Shown: piece after piece, positions 19,994-29,597 of the stretch | Layout of the letters: every line of letters begins with the position of its first letter | Numbering within the stretch: the first letter of the stretch is position 1 | Assembly (NCBI GenBank): GCA_963746775.1 | Contig: CAVVCK010000002.1 | Location: 11,571 to 75,570 of the forward strand | From: an uncultured bacterium | GTDB lineage: Bacteria > Patescibacteriota > JABMPQ01 > CAVVCK01 | DNA length: 64,000 nucleotides | Direction of reading: 5' to 3' | Notes under the pieces: generated by a model | Databases searched by the model: none | What the model saw: the letters and a program-made list of their open reading frames with translations, nothing else | Told to the model about the DNA's origin: nothing | Program-made: the position numbers and the translations under genes

Positions 19994-20641
19994 TCAATCT
20001 TTTATGCTTGCTCCAGCCGTATATCCCTTACTTTCCGCTTCTTCCTTGGAACTAAAACAAACTTTATTTTCTTCTTTTATGTTCTTGGCAGTACCTGAAT
20101 CTGGTAAATGGTATTTATCACTATTTTTACTGCCTACATACTTACAATTTTCAGCGCTATCTGATTCTGTACTTTCTTCTGAACCTGAAATAGATTTTTC
20201 AGAACTCGTAGTGCTATTTGTAGTTACTAAAGTATAACCTTGCTCCTCTGCTTCTTCCTGCGAGTCAAACCACATCATATTATCACTTGCTATATTCCCT
20301 ACTTCTTTACTATTAAAAGGATAAAATTTGTTATTTTCAATATTACCCACAAAAACTCCTTCATTGTTTATTTCTTTCGAAACATTTTCTTTATTATCAT
20401 TTTCATCGCTGCTTACTTTTGTATCTTCTGTTTTTACTTCCTCTTTACTATCTACTTTAGCTTCAGTATCTTTATTTTCAAAAATATTACTTTCATCTAT
20501 TTCTATAGGTTCAGATTTTGATACTATAGATAATCTTCCAGCAGCGAAACTAATGGCGCAAACTAAAATAAATCCTATTGTTAAAATAATCTTATCTTGA
20601 TGATCTTTAAAAAATTCTTTTATATTTTCTATTCTTGACAT
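19994..20641 (-). CDS. Membrane-anchored hypothetical protein with two degenerate Ada-metal-binding-like repeats
   Basis: TM helix; FVGNIENNKFY..F.SQEEAEEQGY and YVGSKNSDKYH..F.SKEEAESKGY. Confidence 0.75.
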   Translation of the reverse strand: MSRIENIKEFFKDHQDKIILTIGFILVCAISFAAGRLSIVSKSEPIEIDESNIFENKDTEAKVDSKEEVKTEDTKVSSDENDNKENVSKEINNEGVFVGNIENNKFYPFNSKEVGNIASDNMMWFDSQEEAEEQGYTLVTTNSTTSSEKSISGSEESTESDSAENCKYVGSKNSDKYHLPDSGTAKNIKEENKVCFSSKEEAESKGYTAGASIKD

Positions 20642-20663
20642 AGAGTTTGGGATAGATTATATT
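20635..20663 (+). promoter_or_regulatory. Putative rpmA promoter overlapping the start codon of the divergent gene
   Basis: TTGACA-17 nt-TATATT. Confidence 0.6.
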
Positions 20664-20696
20664 ATTTAAAAGGATAATTTAACTTAAAATAATAAT

Positions 20697-20975
20697 ATGT
20701 CACATCGTAAAGCTGGTGGTTCTACATCACTAGGACGAGATTCTATATCTAAAAGACTAGGTGTTAAAAAATCAAATGGTCAGACAGTTGGAGCTGGTAT
20801 GATTTTAGTAAGACAACGAGGTACTAAATATAGAGCAGGTAAAAATGTTAAAAAAGGTGGAGATGATACCTTGTTTTCTCTTATAGAAGGTGTTGTAGAA
20901 TTTAAAAAGAAAATGGTTAAAAAGTTTGATGGGAATTTAAGAAAAACTTGTTTTGTGAATGTATTTGATAAATAA
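20697..20975 (+). CDS. rpmA: 50S ribosomal protein L27
   Basis: [37 protein letters not shown]. Confidence 0.98.
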   Translation: MSHRKAGGSTSLGRDSISKRLGVKKSNGQTVGAGMILVRQRGTKYRAGKNVKKGGDDTLFSLIEGVVEFKKKMVKKFDGNLRKTCFVNVFDK

Positions 20976-21023
20976 GCTGATATAGCGGATTTTGCGGAAT
21001 TGTAAATAGAAGTTATTCTATAT

Positions 21024-21052
21024 AAATAACATGCATTATGAGCATGTTATTT
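21024..21052. terminator. Bidirectional terminator
   Basis: aaataacatgc...gcatgttattt between rpmA and pyrG. Confidence 0.7.
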
Positions 21053-21064
21053 TGTTTGAAAAAA

Positions 21065-22732
21065 TTATTTTTTATTGCTTTCTTTTATGAATTCTATAAA
21101 CAACGGATGAGGATTGAGAGGTGTTGACTTATATTCGGGATGGCCCTGAGTGGCTATAAAAAAAGGATGTTTTTCTTTGGGTAACTCTATTATTTCAACA
21201 AAGAAATTATCAGGTGAAGTACCAGAAATAATTAAACCCTTATCTTCTAAATCTTTCCTATATTCATTATTAAATTCAAATCTGTGTCTATGTCTTTCTG
21301 AGACTATGCCTTTGCTTTTATCCTTAAACCCATTATATTTATCATAAATTAAATATGCCAAGCTGTTCTTTTTCAAAACACAATCAAAAGATCCTAATCT
21401 CATAGAACAACCGTCACCTTTTATAGTCTGATATTTTTTATTAAAAGGTATGCTGTGAATTATTTTATGCTTTGATTTTGGATTTACTTCTTCCGTGTGA
21501 GCATCCTTCCAGCCTACTACATTGCGCGCATATTCCACAGCAGCTAATTGCATGCCATAACATAGACCCAGGTAGGGTATTTTATTCTCACGTGCATATT
21601 TTATTGCCTTTATTTTACCCTCAATCCCTCTGGTCCCCCAACCTATGGGAACAATTATTCCTTGAACACCTTTTAATTCCTGATTCATAGTCTTTTCTTT
21701 TTTCTCAGAATTAATGGGTATTAAATCAAGCTCTAAATTGTTATAGATACAGGCATGTTTTATAGATTCTAATAAAGCATAATAAGAATCCATCAAAGAA
21801 GAATCACCGGTAGAAAAATATTTACCAACAATAGCTATTTTAACAGATTTTTTCTTTTTATCTCTAATTTTTTTAACATAACCATTCCAATCTGTTAAAT
21901 CTAATTTTTTCTTTGGTTTTAGACCAAAATATTTTAATATTCTTTTATCAAAATCCTGATTTTTAAAATGATTAGGGATGCTATAGATAGTATCAACGTT
22001 TTCATTGGATAAAATATCTTCTTTCTTTATATTAAATTTTAGGGCGAATTTATATTTTCTTTGATCGTCAACTGGTATTTCACTCCTAATGACAATGAAA
22101 TTAGCTGTAATGCCCATGCTCATTAAATTTTTTAAACCAAATTGAGCTGGTTTTGTTTTGGGTTCTCCTATATGCGGAGGTACTGGTACATAAGTTACAT
22201 GGACGTTAGCTACTTGTTCTGTCGTAGATAAAATTCTTACTGCTTCATAGTACAAGCCATTATTGTTTTCATATTCACCCACTGTTCCGCCTAATTCAAT
22301 TACTAAAAAATCTGCTTTACTTTTTTTAGCTGCTTCTTTATATCTTCTAATAATTTCATTAACTACGTGAGGAATAGGCTCTACATCTTCACCTTCATAT
22401 TTCATTTGCCTCTCATTATGTATGACCTGTTGATACAGCTGTCCCATAGTCATAAAATTATCATGACCAACTTTTTGGTTCAAAAATCTTTCATAATTTC
22501 CCAAATCAATATCAGCTTCTAAACCATCATAACAAAGGAATGGATCCCCGTGTTCTATGGGATTAATAGTTCCAAAATCTACATTTAAATTATTCTCGCA
22601 TTTAATAGGACAAACTGTGTAACCTTGTCTTTTTAACAATAAAGATATAGTAGCCGCTGTTACACCCTTCCCTAGGGCGGATAAAACTCCTCCTGATACG
22701 AATATGTATTTTGTTTTTTTGTTATTGCTCAT
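21065..22732 (-). CDS. pyrG: CTP synthase
   Basis: GGVLSALGKG, ELGGTVGE, KTKPAQ, GLCYGMQ, ERHRHRFE, HPE. Confidence 0.96.
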   Translation of the reverse strand: MSNNKKTKYIFVSGGVLSALGKGVTAATISLLLKRQGYTVCPIKCENNLNVDFGTINPIEHGDPFLCYDGLEADIDLGNYERFLNQKVGHDNFMTMGQLYQQVIHNERQMKYEGEDVEPIPHVVNEIIRRYKEAAKKSKADFLVIELGGTVGEYENNNGLYYEAVRILSTTEQVANVHVTYVPVPPHIGEPKTKPAQFGLKNLMSMGITANFIVIRSEIPVDDQRKYKFALKFNIKKEDILSNENVDTIYSIPNHFKNQDFDKRILKYFGLKPKKKLDLTDWNGYVKKIRDKKKKSVKIAIVGKYFSTGDSSLMDSYYALLESIKHACIYNNLELDLIPINSEKKEKTMNQELKGVQGIIVPIGWGTRGIEGKIKAIKYARENKIPYLGLCYGMQLAAVEYARNVVGWKDAHTEEVNPKSKHKIIHSIPFNKKYQTIKGDGCSMRLGSFDCVLKKNSLAYLIYDKYNGFKDKSKGIVSERHRHRFEFNNEYRKDLEDKGLIISGTSPDNFFVEIIELPKEKHPFFIATQGHPEYKSTPLNPHPLFIEFIKESNKK

Positions 22733-22837
22733 TTTTATTATAAATTAAACTATTAATCAAAGATTCAGGATTAAATATAAATCAAAAATAATTTTAATCT
22801 AATCAACCTTCAATTAAAATTTTATAAATTATATAAT

Positions 22838-23287
22838 CTATTTTTCTGCTACGATTTTTATATCTAAAGAAATTTTAATTTCTTTGTGTAAAACAATTTT
22901 TATTTTATAATCACCTATTTCTTTTATGGGATCGGAAATTTCAATATTTTTAGAATCTATGTCTTGTCCAGTAATCTTTTTGATATTGGTTGCTATTTCT
23001 TTTTCTGTAATACTGCCAAATAGTTTACCATTTTTTTCTGTTTTAGCTTGAATGGTTATTGCTTGACCTTCTAAAATTTTAGCTTTATTTTGAGCATCTT
23101 CCTTTATTTTATCATCATCAGCCTTTTTATTTTTTAAATCCTCATTAATTTTTTTAATGGCAGCTTTGGTGGCAGGAATAGCTAAATTTTTAGGAAATAA
23201 AAAATTACGAGCAAAACCTGACTTCACTACTTTTAGCTCACCTTTTTCTCCTAGATTTTCTACGTTTTCATTTAAAATAATTTTCAT
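22838..23287 (-). CDS. rplI: 50S ribosomal protein L9
   Basis: MKIIL..LG..G..VKSGFARNFLFP, KLFGSIT. Confidence 0.97.
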   Translation of the reverse strand: MKIILNENVENLGEKGELKVVKSGFARNFLFPKNLAIPATKAAIKKINEDLKNKKADDDKIKEDAQNKAKILEGQAITIQAKTEKNGKLFGSITEKEIATNIKKITGQDIDSKNIEISDPIKEIGDYKIKIVLHKEIKISLDIKIVAEK

Positions 23288-23328
23288 AATAACCCTTTTA
23301 ATTCTTCCTTATCAGAAAGAATAATTAA

Positions 23329-23604
23329 TTAATATTTAATATTAAAACTATCGAAATCTCCTCTATATTTTTCCCATTTTTCTTTTATATTAAGTACTTT
23401 AGCACCAGCTGATCCTTCATAACACCACTTTATAAATAATTTTAAATCATTTTTTTCTCCTTCAGCTATAATTCCAACAGTTCCATCTCCCTCATTTTTA
23501 ACAAACCCAGTTAAATTAAGCTTAATAGCATTTTCTTGAGCACTAACTCTATACAAAACACCTTGTACTTGTCCTGATATTTTAAGTACAACTCTTTTTA
23601 ACAT
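23329..23604 (-). CDS. acyP: Acylphosphatase
   Basis: GQVQGVLYR, GFVKNEGDGTV. Confidence 0.92.
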   Translation of the reverse strand: MLKRVVLKISGQVQGVLYRVSAQENAIKLNLTGFVKNEGDGTVGIIAEGEKNDLKLFIKWCYEGSAGAKVLNIKEKWEKYRGDFDSFNIKY

Positions 23605-23606
23605 GG

Positions 23607-24842
23607 CTATTTACTATCTACAATTTCTTTGGCTTTATCTAATTGCGGATCACGGTCGTTATTATAATCTTCTTCAGTTAGTTCTACTTTATCTGTTGGT
23701 TCGATTCCTTCTTTGTTTATATTCTTTCCGCTAGGTGTTAACCATTTAGCAATAGTAATTCTTAGACTCGAACCATCATCGAGATACTCAAGTTCCTGCA
23801 CTGACCCTTTGCCATAAGTTGTCTCACCTACTAAGGGCACTGATTTATTTTCATTTAAGGCACCGGCTAATATTTCAGAGGCACTGGCACTGCCATTATT
23901 TACTAAAATAACCAAAGGAATTGAAGATAGGCGATCTCCACCATTAGTTTTATATTCTTTTTTATCATCTCCTTCTTTGGTTGAAACCTGATAAGTTACC
24001 GTCTTCCCCTTTTCCATTAAAATACTGGCAACATCTATGGATGTATTTAAATATCCACCGGAATTATTTCTTAAATCTAGGATTATACCTTTTGGTTTAA
24101 TAGCCAAGACATCCGATGAAATCATTTTTAATTCATTAGCTGTATTTTCTCCAAAATAGGATAATTTAATATAGGCAATATTATTATCTTTTTCTGATTT
24201 TATACTTTTCCACTCTACGCTTTTTACTTCAATTTTAGCTCTTTTGATAGTATTTTCTTTGGCTTCTTCGTCGTCTCTAGCAATAGAAAGTGTAACTTCA
24301 GTATCTTTTTTACCTCTAATTAAATTTACAGCTTCAATTAAACTCATAGCGCTCGTATCTTTACTATCTATTTTCAAAATTACATCACGAGCTCTTAAAC
24401 CGGCTTTTTCAGCTGGCGAATCTGCTATAGGAGATATTATCGTTAACTGATTATTTTTAATACCAATTTCAGCACCAATTCCTTCAAAATTACCGTCTAT
24501 TTCTCCCTTAAATTCTTTTGATTGTTCTGGATCCATAAAAGCAGTATAGGGATCATCCAGTGAAGATACCATGCCATTTATAGCGCCATAAAGCATCTTT
24601 TTATAATCCAATGGCTGTTCTATGTACTTTTTTTCAATTAAATTCCAAGCATCCCAAAAAAGATTAAAATCAACTTTATCTGTATTATCGGAATTTTTAT
24701 TAGCCAAAAGATCATTTTGATTATTGGTATTATTTCTAACAAAATTACTTCTGCCAACAAGCAAACCAACCGTAAAACTTCCTAATATTAATAGGACTGC
24801 TAGATAGACATGGAAGTATTTTTTGGAATTTTTAGAAAGCAT
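23607..24842 (-). CDS. ctpA: S41 carboxyl-terminal processing protease with PDZ domain
   Basis: LDDPYT, GIGAEI (PDZ), DLRNNSGG, SASASEI, TYGKG. Confidence 0.93.
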   Translation of the reverse strand: MLSKNSKKYFHVYLAVLLILGSFTVGLLVGRSNFVRNNTNNQNDLLANKNSDNTDKVDFNLFWDAWNLIEKKYIEQPLDYKKMLYGAINGMVSSLDDPYTAFMDPEQSKEFKGEIDGNFEGIGAEIGIKNNQLTIISPIADSPAEKAGLRARDVILKIDSKDTSAMSLIEAVNLIRGKKDTEVTLSIARDDEEAKENTIKRAKIEVKSVEWKSIKSEKDNNIAYIKLSYFGENTANELKMISSDVLAIKPKGIILDLRNNSGGYLNTSIDVASILMEKGKTVTYQVSTKEGDDKKEYKTNGGDRLSSIPLVILVNNGSASASEILAGALNENKSVPLVGETTYGKGSVQELEYLDDGSSLRITIAKWLTPSGKNINKEGIEPTDKVELTEEDYNNDRDPQLDKAKEIVDSK

Positions 24843-24847
24843 ATTTA

Positions 24848-26851
24848 TTAATAATTAACTACAAATTCTAGATCTGTAAGTAAATTAGTCTTATATTCTA
24901 CCTTTTTATTATTTTCTAGTAAAGTTCCTGAACCTATTGGTGAAAATGATTTAATATTATTCGCTGTGTTAATATTTATGGTTAAATCTGGATTTATAGT
25001 TCCTGGCTGTTTCTGTACTTTTAACTTATAACCATTATTCTTTAAATCTTTAGATAATTTTTCCGGTAAGTAATATTCATAAGTTAAATCTCTTTGTTCC
25101 CCAGGTTCTATAGAAGTGAAGGTACCGATAGATTCTTTATCTAGTTCATTAATAATTTCATAAGTCATGCCTGCTTCTTTGTAATATTGAGATCCTTTTT
25201 CGTTTCCATCAATACTAATTAATTCTGAATCTTGAGGAATATATATTCTATTCCAAGTTCGATAGCGAGTTGTTCTCCAAGAAAAACCAGGAGCATTATT
25301 AATGTGTGTTAGGATAACTTTTACCTTGGCTTTATCCCCGTTATTTAAATCAATATTATAATTAATTTTTCGTTTTACATAAGAATCGGTTTTCAAGCTG
25401 GCCATATTAGCATCTATAGAGGCAAAATAATCACCTGCTGTTTCTTCTATCTTTCCTCCCCAATTCTCATTTTCAATAAACTTTTGTGTTTCTTCATCTT
25501 GAGAGTATATTAAAAACTGTTTTTCATCTAGTGACGTGGAAAGAGTTTGTAAAAGTGTTATTAATTTATCTTGAGGCAGGCTATATAGCTTTCCAATTAT
25601 TTCTGTAGCCAATCCACCGAGTAAATCTTTTCTAAACTCTTCTTTTAAGCCAAGTTCGGCAAATCTTTTACTAACTTGATATTGAATTAACTCGGTTACA
25701 TTGTCAGATGTAAATTCTTTAGGAAAATCTGCCACTGAAACTGGACCAGTTACCTTAAGTAAATATTCTAAAAAAGTACAAGTAATAGCCATAACACCGT
25801 CAAAATTTTCTTCTCCTCCTTCGAGATGATAAATATTCTCAACATTTTGGGCAGATGTTGGAAAATCAGGAGACCAATTTGCATCTCTTAGATACCAAGT
25901 ATCAAGTGCAGGATGAACTAATTTGGGTAATTGCCAGGGAGGAGTAATTTTAGTTTCTGAAGGATTGTCAACGTTATAGGTATCGTTTGTTTTAAAATCA
26001 GCAATTTCTCCACCTTTAATATGTAGGATTCCAAAACTGCCAATAAATCCGCCAGAAGGTCTTAATTCGGTATTATTTTGGAATAGCATTAAATAAGTTT
26101 GCTCATTGGGATATCCTCCAAATTTGGGAAGCATTCTGGACAGTAATACTCCATTTTCTAAAAATTGCTTGGCCTGTGGCAAATAATCTGAAACCATGTT
26201 TTTTGCCTCCTCTATTTCTTTAATAACTCCAAAAGTAGGCATGTTGTTTAGTTCGATTTCAGCTAATTCTAGTTTACTTTGAGCAGCTTCTAAAGAAGGG
26301 GTTGATTGATATAAATTTTTTAGCACCTCTTCTTTTTGCTCCGGAGTAAGATTACCTATCTGGCTGACATTTTTAAATTCAATAGGAGAAACTATAGTTT
26401 CGGCAACATTAAGCGTGTCTTTAAAAGTTGAAATTATTCCTATGCCAGCTGTTAATAATTTATCAGCAGCCTTATATTGTATATTAACAAAAGGAATTAT
26501 TTTAACCCATTTTAATTTCGATAATGATGCCTGAGATCTTTTAAAATCTTCTTCGCTAGAGGCAAGAGCGATGGCTGCTCCCGATATTTTCATTTCTTTA
26601 ATAGCTGCTTGTGCCAAAAGAATATCTGATTTACCTTGCTTGGCATTATAATAAGCAGACAAAGCAGGTTTGATACTAAAAATTCCTAAACCCATTAAGC
26701 CAATTAAAATAACAGCTACAATTAAACCAGTAATTTTGGCTATTTTTTTGTATTTTATTGCTTTTTCTTTTTTTTCAGGAAGAATTTTCTTTTCTTCTTC
26801 TTTGCTATTGTTTTGATTACTTATTGCTTGTTCCAGAGAGATTTTTTTCAT
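24848..26851 (-). CDS. DUF4012-domain membrane protein
   Basis: YLMLFQNNTELRPSGGFIGSFG, RDANWSPDFPTSA, QKQPG. Confidence 0.88.
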   Translation of the reverse strand: MKKISLEQAISNQNNSKEEEKKILPEKKEKAIKYKKIAKITGLIVAVILIGLMGLGIFSIKPALSAYYNAKQGKSDILLAQAAIKEMKISGAAIALASSEEDFKRSQASLSKLKWVKIIPFVNIQYKAADKLLTAGIGIISTFKDTLNVAETIVSPIEFKNVSQIGNLTPEQKEEVLKNLYQSTPSLEAAQSKLELAEIELNNMPTFGVIKEIEEAKNMVSDYLPQAKQFLENGVLLSRMLPKFGGYPNEQTYLMLFQNNTELRPSGGFIGSFGILHIKGGEIADFKTNDTYNVDNPSETKITPPWQLPKLVHPALDTWYLRDANWSPDFPTSAQNVENIYHLEGGEENFDGVMAITCTFLEYLLKVTGPVSVADFPKEFTSDNVTELIQYQVSKRFAELGLKEEFRKDLLGGLATEIIGKLYSLPQDKLITLLQTLSTSLDEKQFLIYSQDEETQKFIENENWGGKIEETAGDYFASIDANMASLKTDSYVKRKINYNIDLNNGDKAKVKVILTHINNAPGFSWRTTRYRTWNRIYIPQDSELISIDGNEKGSQYYKEAGMTYEIINELDKESIGTFTSIEPGEQRDLTYEYYLPEKLSKDLKNNGYKLKVQKQPGTINPDLTININTANNIKSFSPIGSGTLLENNKKVEYKTNLLTDLEFVVNY

Positions 26852-27713
26852 TTATATTTGTATTATAATTTGGAATATTTTTATCTTTATGTCTCCAATA
26901 TTTAAAAAAGAATTTTACAGCGGAAGCTATATGGATTCTGGTAATTTTATTAAACATAGATTTTAAAATACTTGGCTCAGAGGCTGATGCTCTTTGATAA
27001 TAATGTACCATTTCAAATTTAGGAGAATAAACAACTCTATAATCATTATTCCAAAATCTTCGACACCAATCAACATCTTCCATATACATAAAAAATCGCT
27101 CATCCATTAAACCTACCTTATTAATGGCTTCTTTCCTAATAAACATACAAGAACCCAGGATCCAGGCCACTTCACTCTCTTGTTTATGATCCCAATCAGT
27201 CATTAAAAATTTATTCACCTTATCCTTTGCGCTTTCTGTTTTGCCTAAAATAGTACGACGATACAAAACCATTTTTAGGGAAGGATATTGGCTAAAGCAA
27301 GAATATTGAATTGAACCATTTGGATTTAGTAATTTTGGTCCTAGAACTGCTATATCTTTATTTTCTTCCATGTATTGATACATCTGATCAAGACAATTTT
27401 GAATGACTGTAATATCTGGATTCAAAACTAAAACATATTTGGAAGCTCTGGATTTTTTAATACCCTGATTAACAGCTCTTGGAAAACCTAAATTTTCTTT
27501 ATTATCAATTAAGATAACACTTTCTTCGAAATCATCTCTGATCATTTCCGCGCTGCCATCTTCAGAATTATTATCGACTGCAATAATTTCATAACCAAAA
27601 ATAGGTTTATTTTTTTGAATTGATTGAATACATTGTCTTAATAATGTAGGAGTTTTATAGTTTATAATTATTATAGAAAGAATAATTTCTTTATTTTGAT
27701 TATTATTTTCCAT
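26817..27713 (-). CDS. GT2 family glycosyltransferase (rhamnosyltransferase-like)
   Basis: VDNNSEDGS, NLGF..AVN, LNPD, MDERFFMYMEDVDWC. Confidence 0.92.
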   Translation of the reverse strand: MENNNQNKEIILSIIIINYKTPTLLRQCIQSIQKNKPIFGYEIIAVDNNSEDGSAEMIRDDFEESVILIDNKENLGFPRAVNQGIKKSRASKYVLVLNPDITVIQNCLDQMYQYMEENKDIAVLGPKLLNPNGSIQYSCFSQYPSLKMVLYRRTILGKTESAKDKVNKFLMTDWDHKQESEVAWILGSCMFIRKEAINKVGLMDERFFMYMEDVDWCRRFWNNDYRVVYSPKFEMVHYYQRASASEPSILKSMFNKITRIHIASAVKFFFKYWRHKDKNIPNYNTNINEKNLSGTSNK

Positions 27714-27808
27714 TATTTTACAATAAAATTAAAAAGACATAACTTTCCTTAAATAAGCCTTTTATATAAAATAACATAGCAATATTTCAAAGTCAATGTA
27801 GAGTAAGT

Positions 27809-29446
27809 TTACCTATTTTCTATAGTTGGCTGATTAGCAGAAATATCGTTTATTTTTTCAAAAGAAACAAAAGTAATACAAATTATTAATAAATAGCCAA
27901 TTCCCAAAGGATGATTTAAATAGGGAGTGGTTATATTAATAATAACTAATCCGAATAAGGTAGCTAATAATCCCACAATTAAATATTTATAATTAAATTC
28001 TCTACTATTAGAACTATTTTTAAATTTAGAAATTAAGTTAAAGCCACTTTTAAATATTTTCCAGATAAACCATAAATAGATAGCAAGTCCTAAAATTCCA
28101 ATTTCTGTAATAGTATCTAGGTAAGACCATTCGAAAGCAAATACTTTCAAAATTCCAGCATGTCCGGGTACAACACTCTTGTATTGTATAACAGTACCAT
28201 AGCCCGATCCTATAATAGGATGTTCTGCTATTTTTTCAAAGACAGGAGTTATTAAATTAATTCTGCTAATAGCCGATGACTGTTCAGAAGGATTAATGAT
28301 GCTATTAATTCTATCATTTAAAATATCATATACCGGCGTAATCAATGTTCCGGTGATAATAATCAATAAAAAGATAAGTCCCAAAAAACTCAAAATAATT
28401 TTTGCTGATTTTTTCCAAGGAAGAAAAAATAATAAAAACACAAGTCCAGCCAAGCCTCCAATCCATAAACTTCTAGAAAATCCAACTAGCAGTGCTAGGG
28501 CAGAAGAAGCAATAATTGTAATAAGCCAAATATTTTGCCAAATAAGTCTAAAATTTAATTTTTGTTTTAATAAATAAAATAATAAAATAATAGCTACAAA
28601 AAGAGAGTAAATTTGTGCGGGGGTGAAATATCTAAATAAACCTCCGCCAATGTAAGTTATCTCCCCTACTCCCGTGTCTTTGGTCCATCTAAAAATCCAG
28701 ACGCCTCTAATATTTCTAAAGGCTTCCTGACTCTTTAACTCATCTTTAGCAGTAATGCCATGAGAAATATCTTCTGCTTCTTGCGTTTGTTCTTCTTCTT
28801 CGGCAAATTCATTACTTAGCGAGCCAGCCTTGTCTGGCCTGGCATCTTGGTGAAATATGGTAAATTCCAAGCTAATAAAAAGAGTCAAAATACTTGTAGT
28901 AAAAGCAGCCGCAATTAATATTTTTAATATGTTTTTGATCTCTTTTTTACTAGACAAAATATCAAACAAAACAAAAGCAAGAGCAAAATAAAAATACCCA
29001 TTTACATCAAAAAATATATTTTTTATGGAGTTGCCATTTATTAGAGCAGAGGCAACACCTATCACAATAATTATTGTTAAGAGCGCATAGTTTTTAAAAT
29101 ATTTTGTCTGAATAAAACTAAATTTATGCTCTCTTTTTTTAAAAAACCAAATAAGAAAAATTAAAGCAAATAAGGCTATGCGAAGTGATAAAACAAAACC
29201 GCCAACATTAAAAGAAAATAAGTAACCTTTTACCCCAATAAATAATTCAGTTAATAAGATAAGTACCCCATATTCTAATTTTTTTAGAGAAAGTGCCAAG
29301 GTAATAAAGAATATTAACCAAAAAATAATATCGTTTAATAGAGGAAAAACATAACCTAAAAAAGACAACAAATATATGCCTAAAAAAATAGCCGTTAATT
29401 TCAAGATTTGTTTTATGTTTAGAATACTATTCATAGAAATTTTCAA
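27809..29446 (-). CDS. O-antigen ligase (Wzy_C/WaaL-like) membrane protein
   Basis: Multi-TM; FSRSLWIG, HPIIGSGYG, YLDTITEIGILGL. Confidence 0.8.
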   Translation of the reverse strand: MKISMNSILNIKQILKLTAIFLGIYLLSFLGYVFPLLNDIIFWLIFFITLALSLKKLEYGVLILLTELFIGVKGYLFSFNVGGFVLSLRIALFALIFLIWFFKKREHKFSFIQTKYFKNYALLTIIIVIGVASALINGNSIKNIFFDVNGYFYFALAFVLFDILSSKKEIKNILKILIAAAFTTSILTLFISLEFTIFHQDARPDKAGSLSNEFAEEEEQTQEAEDISHGITAKDELKSQEAFRNIRGVWIFRWTKDTGVGEITYIGGGLFRYFTPAQIYSLFVAIILLFYLLKQKLNFRLIWQNIWLITIIASSALALLVGFSRSLWIGGLAGLVFLLFFLPWKKSAKIILSFLGLIFLLIIITGTLITPVYDILNDRINSIINPSEQSSAISRINLITPVFEKIAEHPIIGSGYGTVIQYKSVVPGHAGILKVFAFEWSYLDTITEIGILGLAIYLWFIWKIFKSGFNLISKFKNSSNSREFNYKYLIVGLLATLFGLVIINITTPYLNHPLGIGYLLIICITFVSFEKINDISANQPTIENR

Positions 29447-29597
29447 TGACTAATTATTAAATTTTAAAAATTTAGAATTTGACATTAAAAATTTTATTAG
29501 AAATTAGATATTAGTAATTAGGCATTAATAAAATTCTTTAAATTGTCAGATTTTGTATTCAACCTTTTACTTCTATATTTTTAAGATAGCCGTGTTC

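Noticed and set aside
19742-20098. 63-aa and 65-aa ORFs
   Set aside because: They run through the REP hairpin and transposase remnant and are not credible genes.
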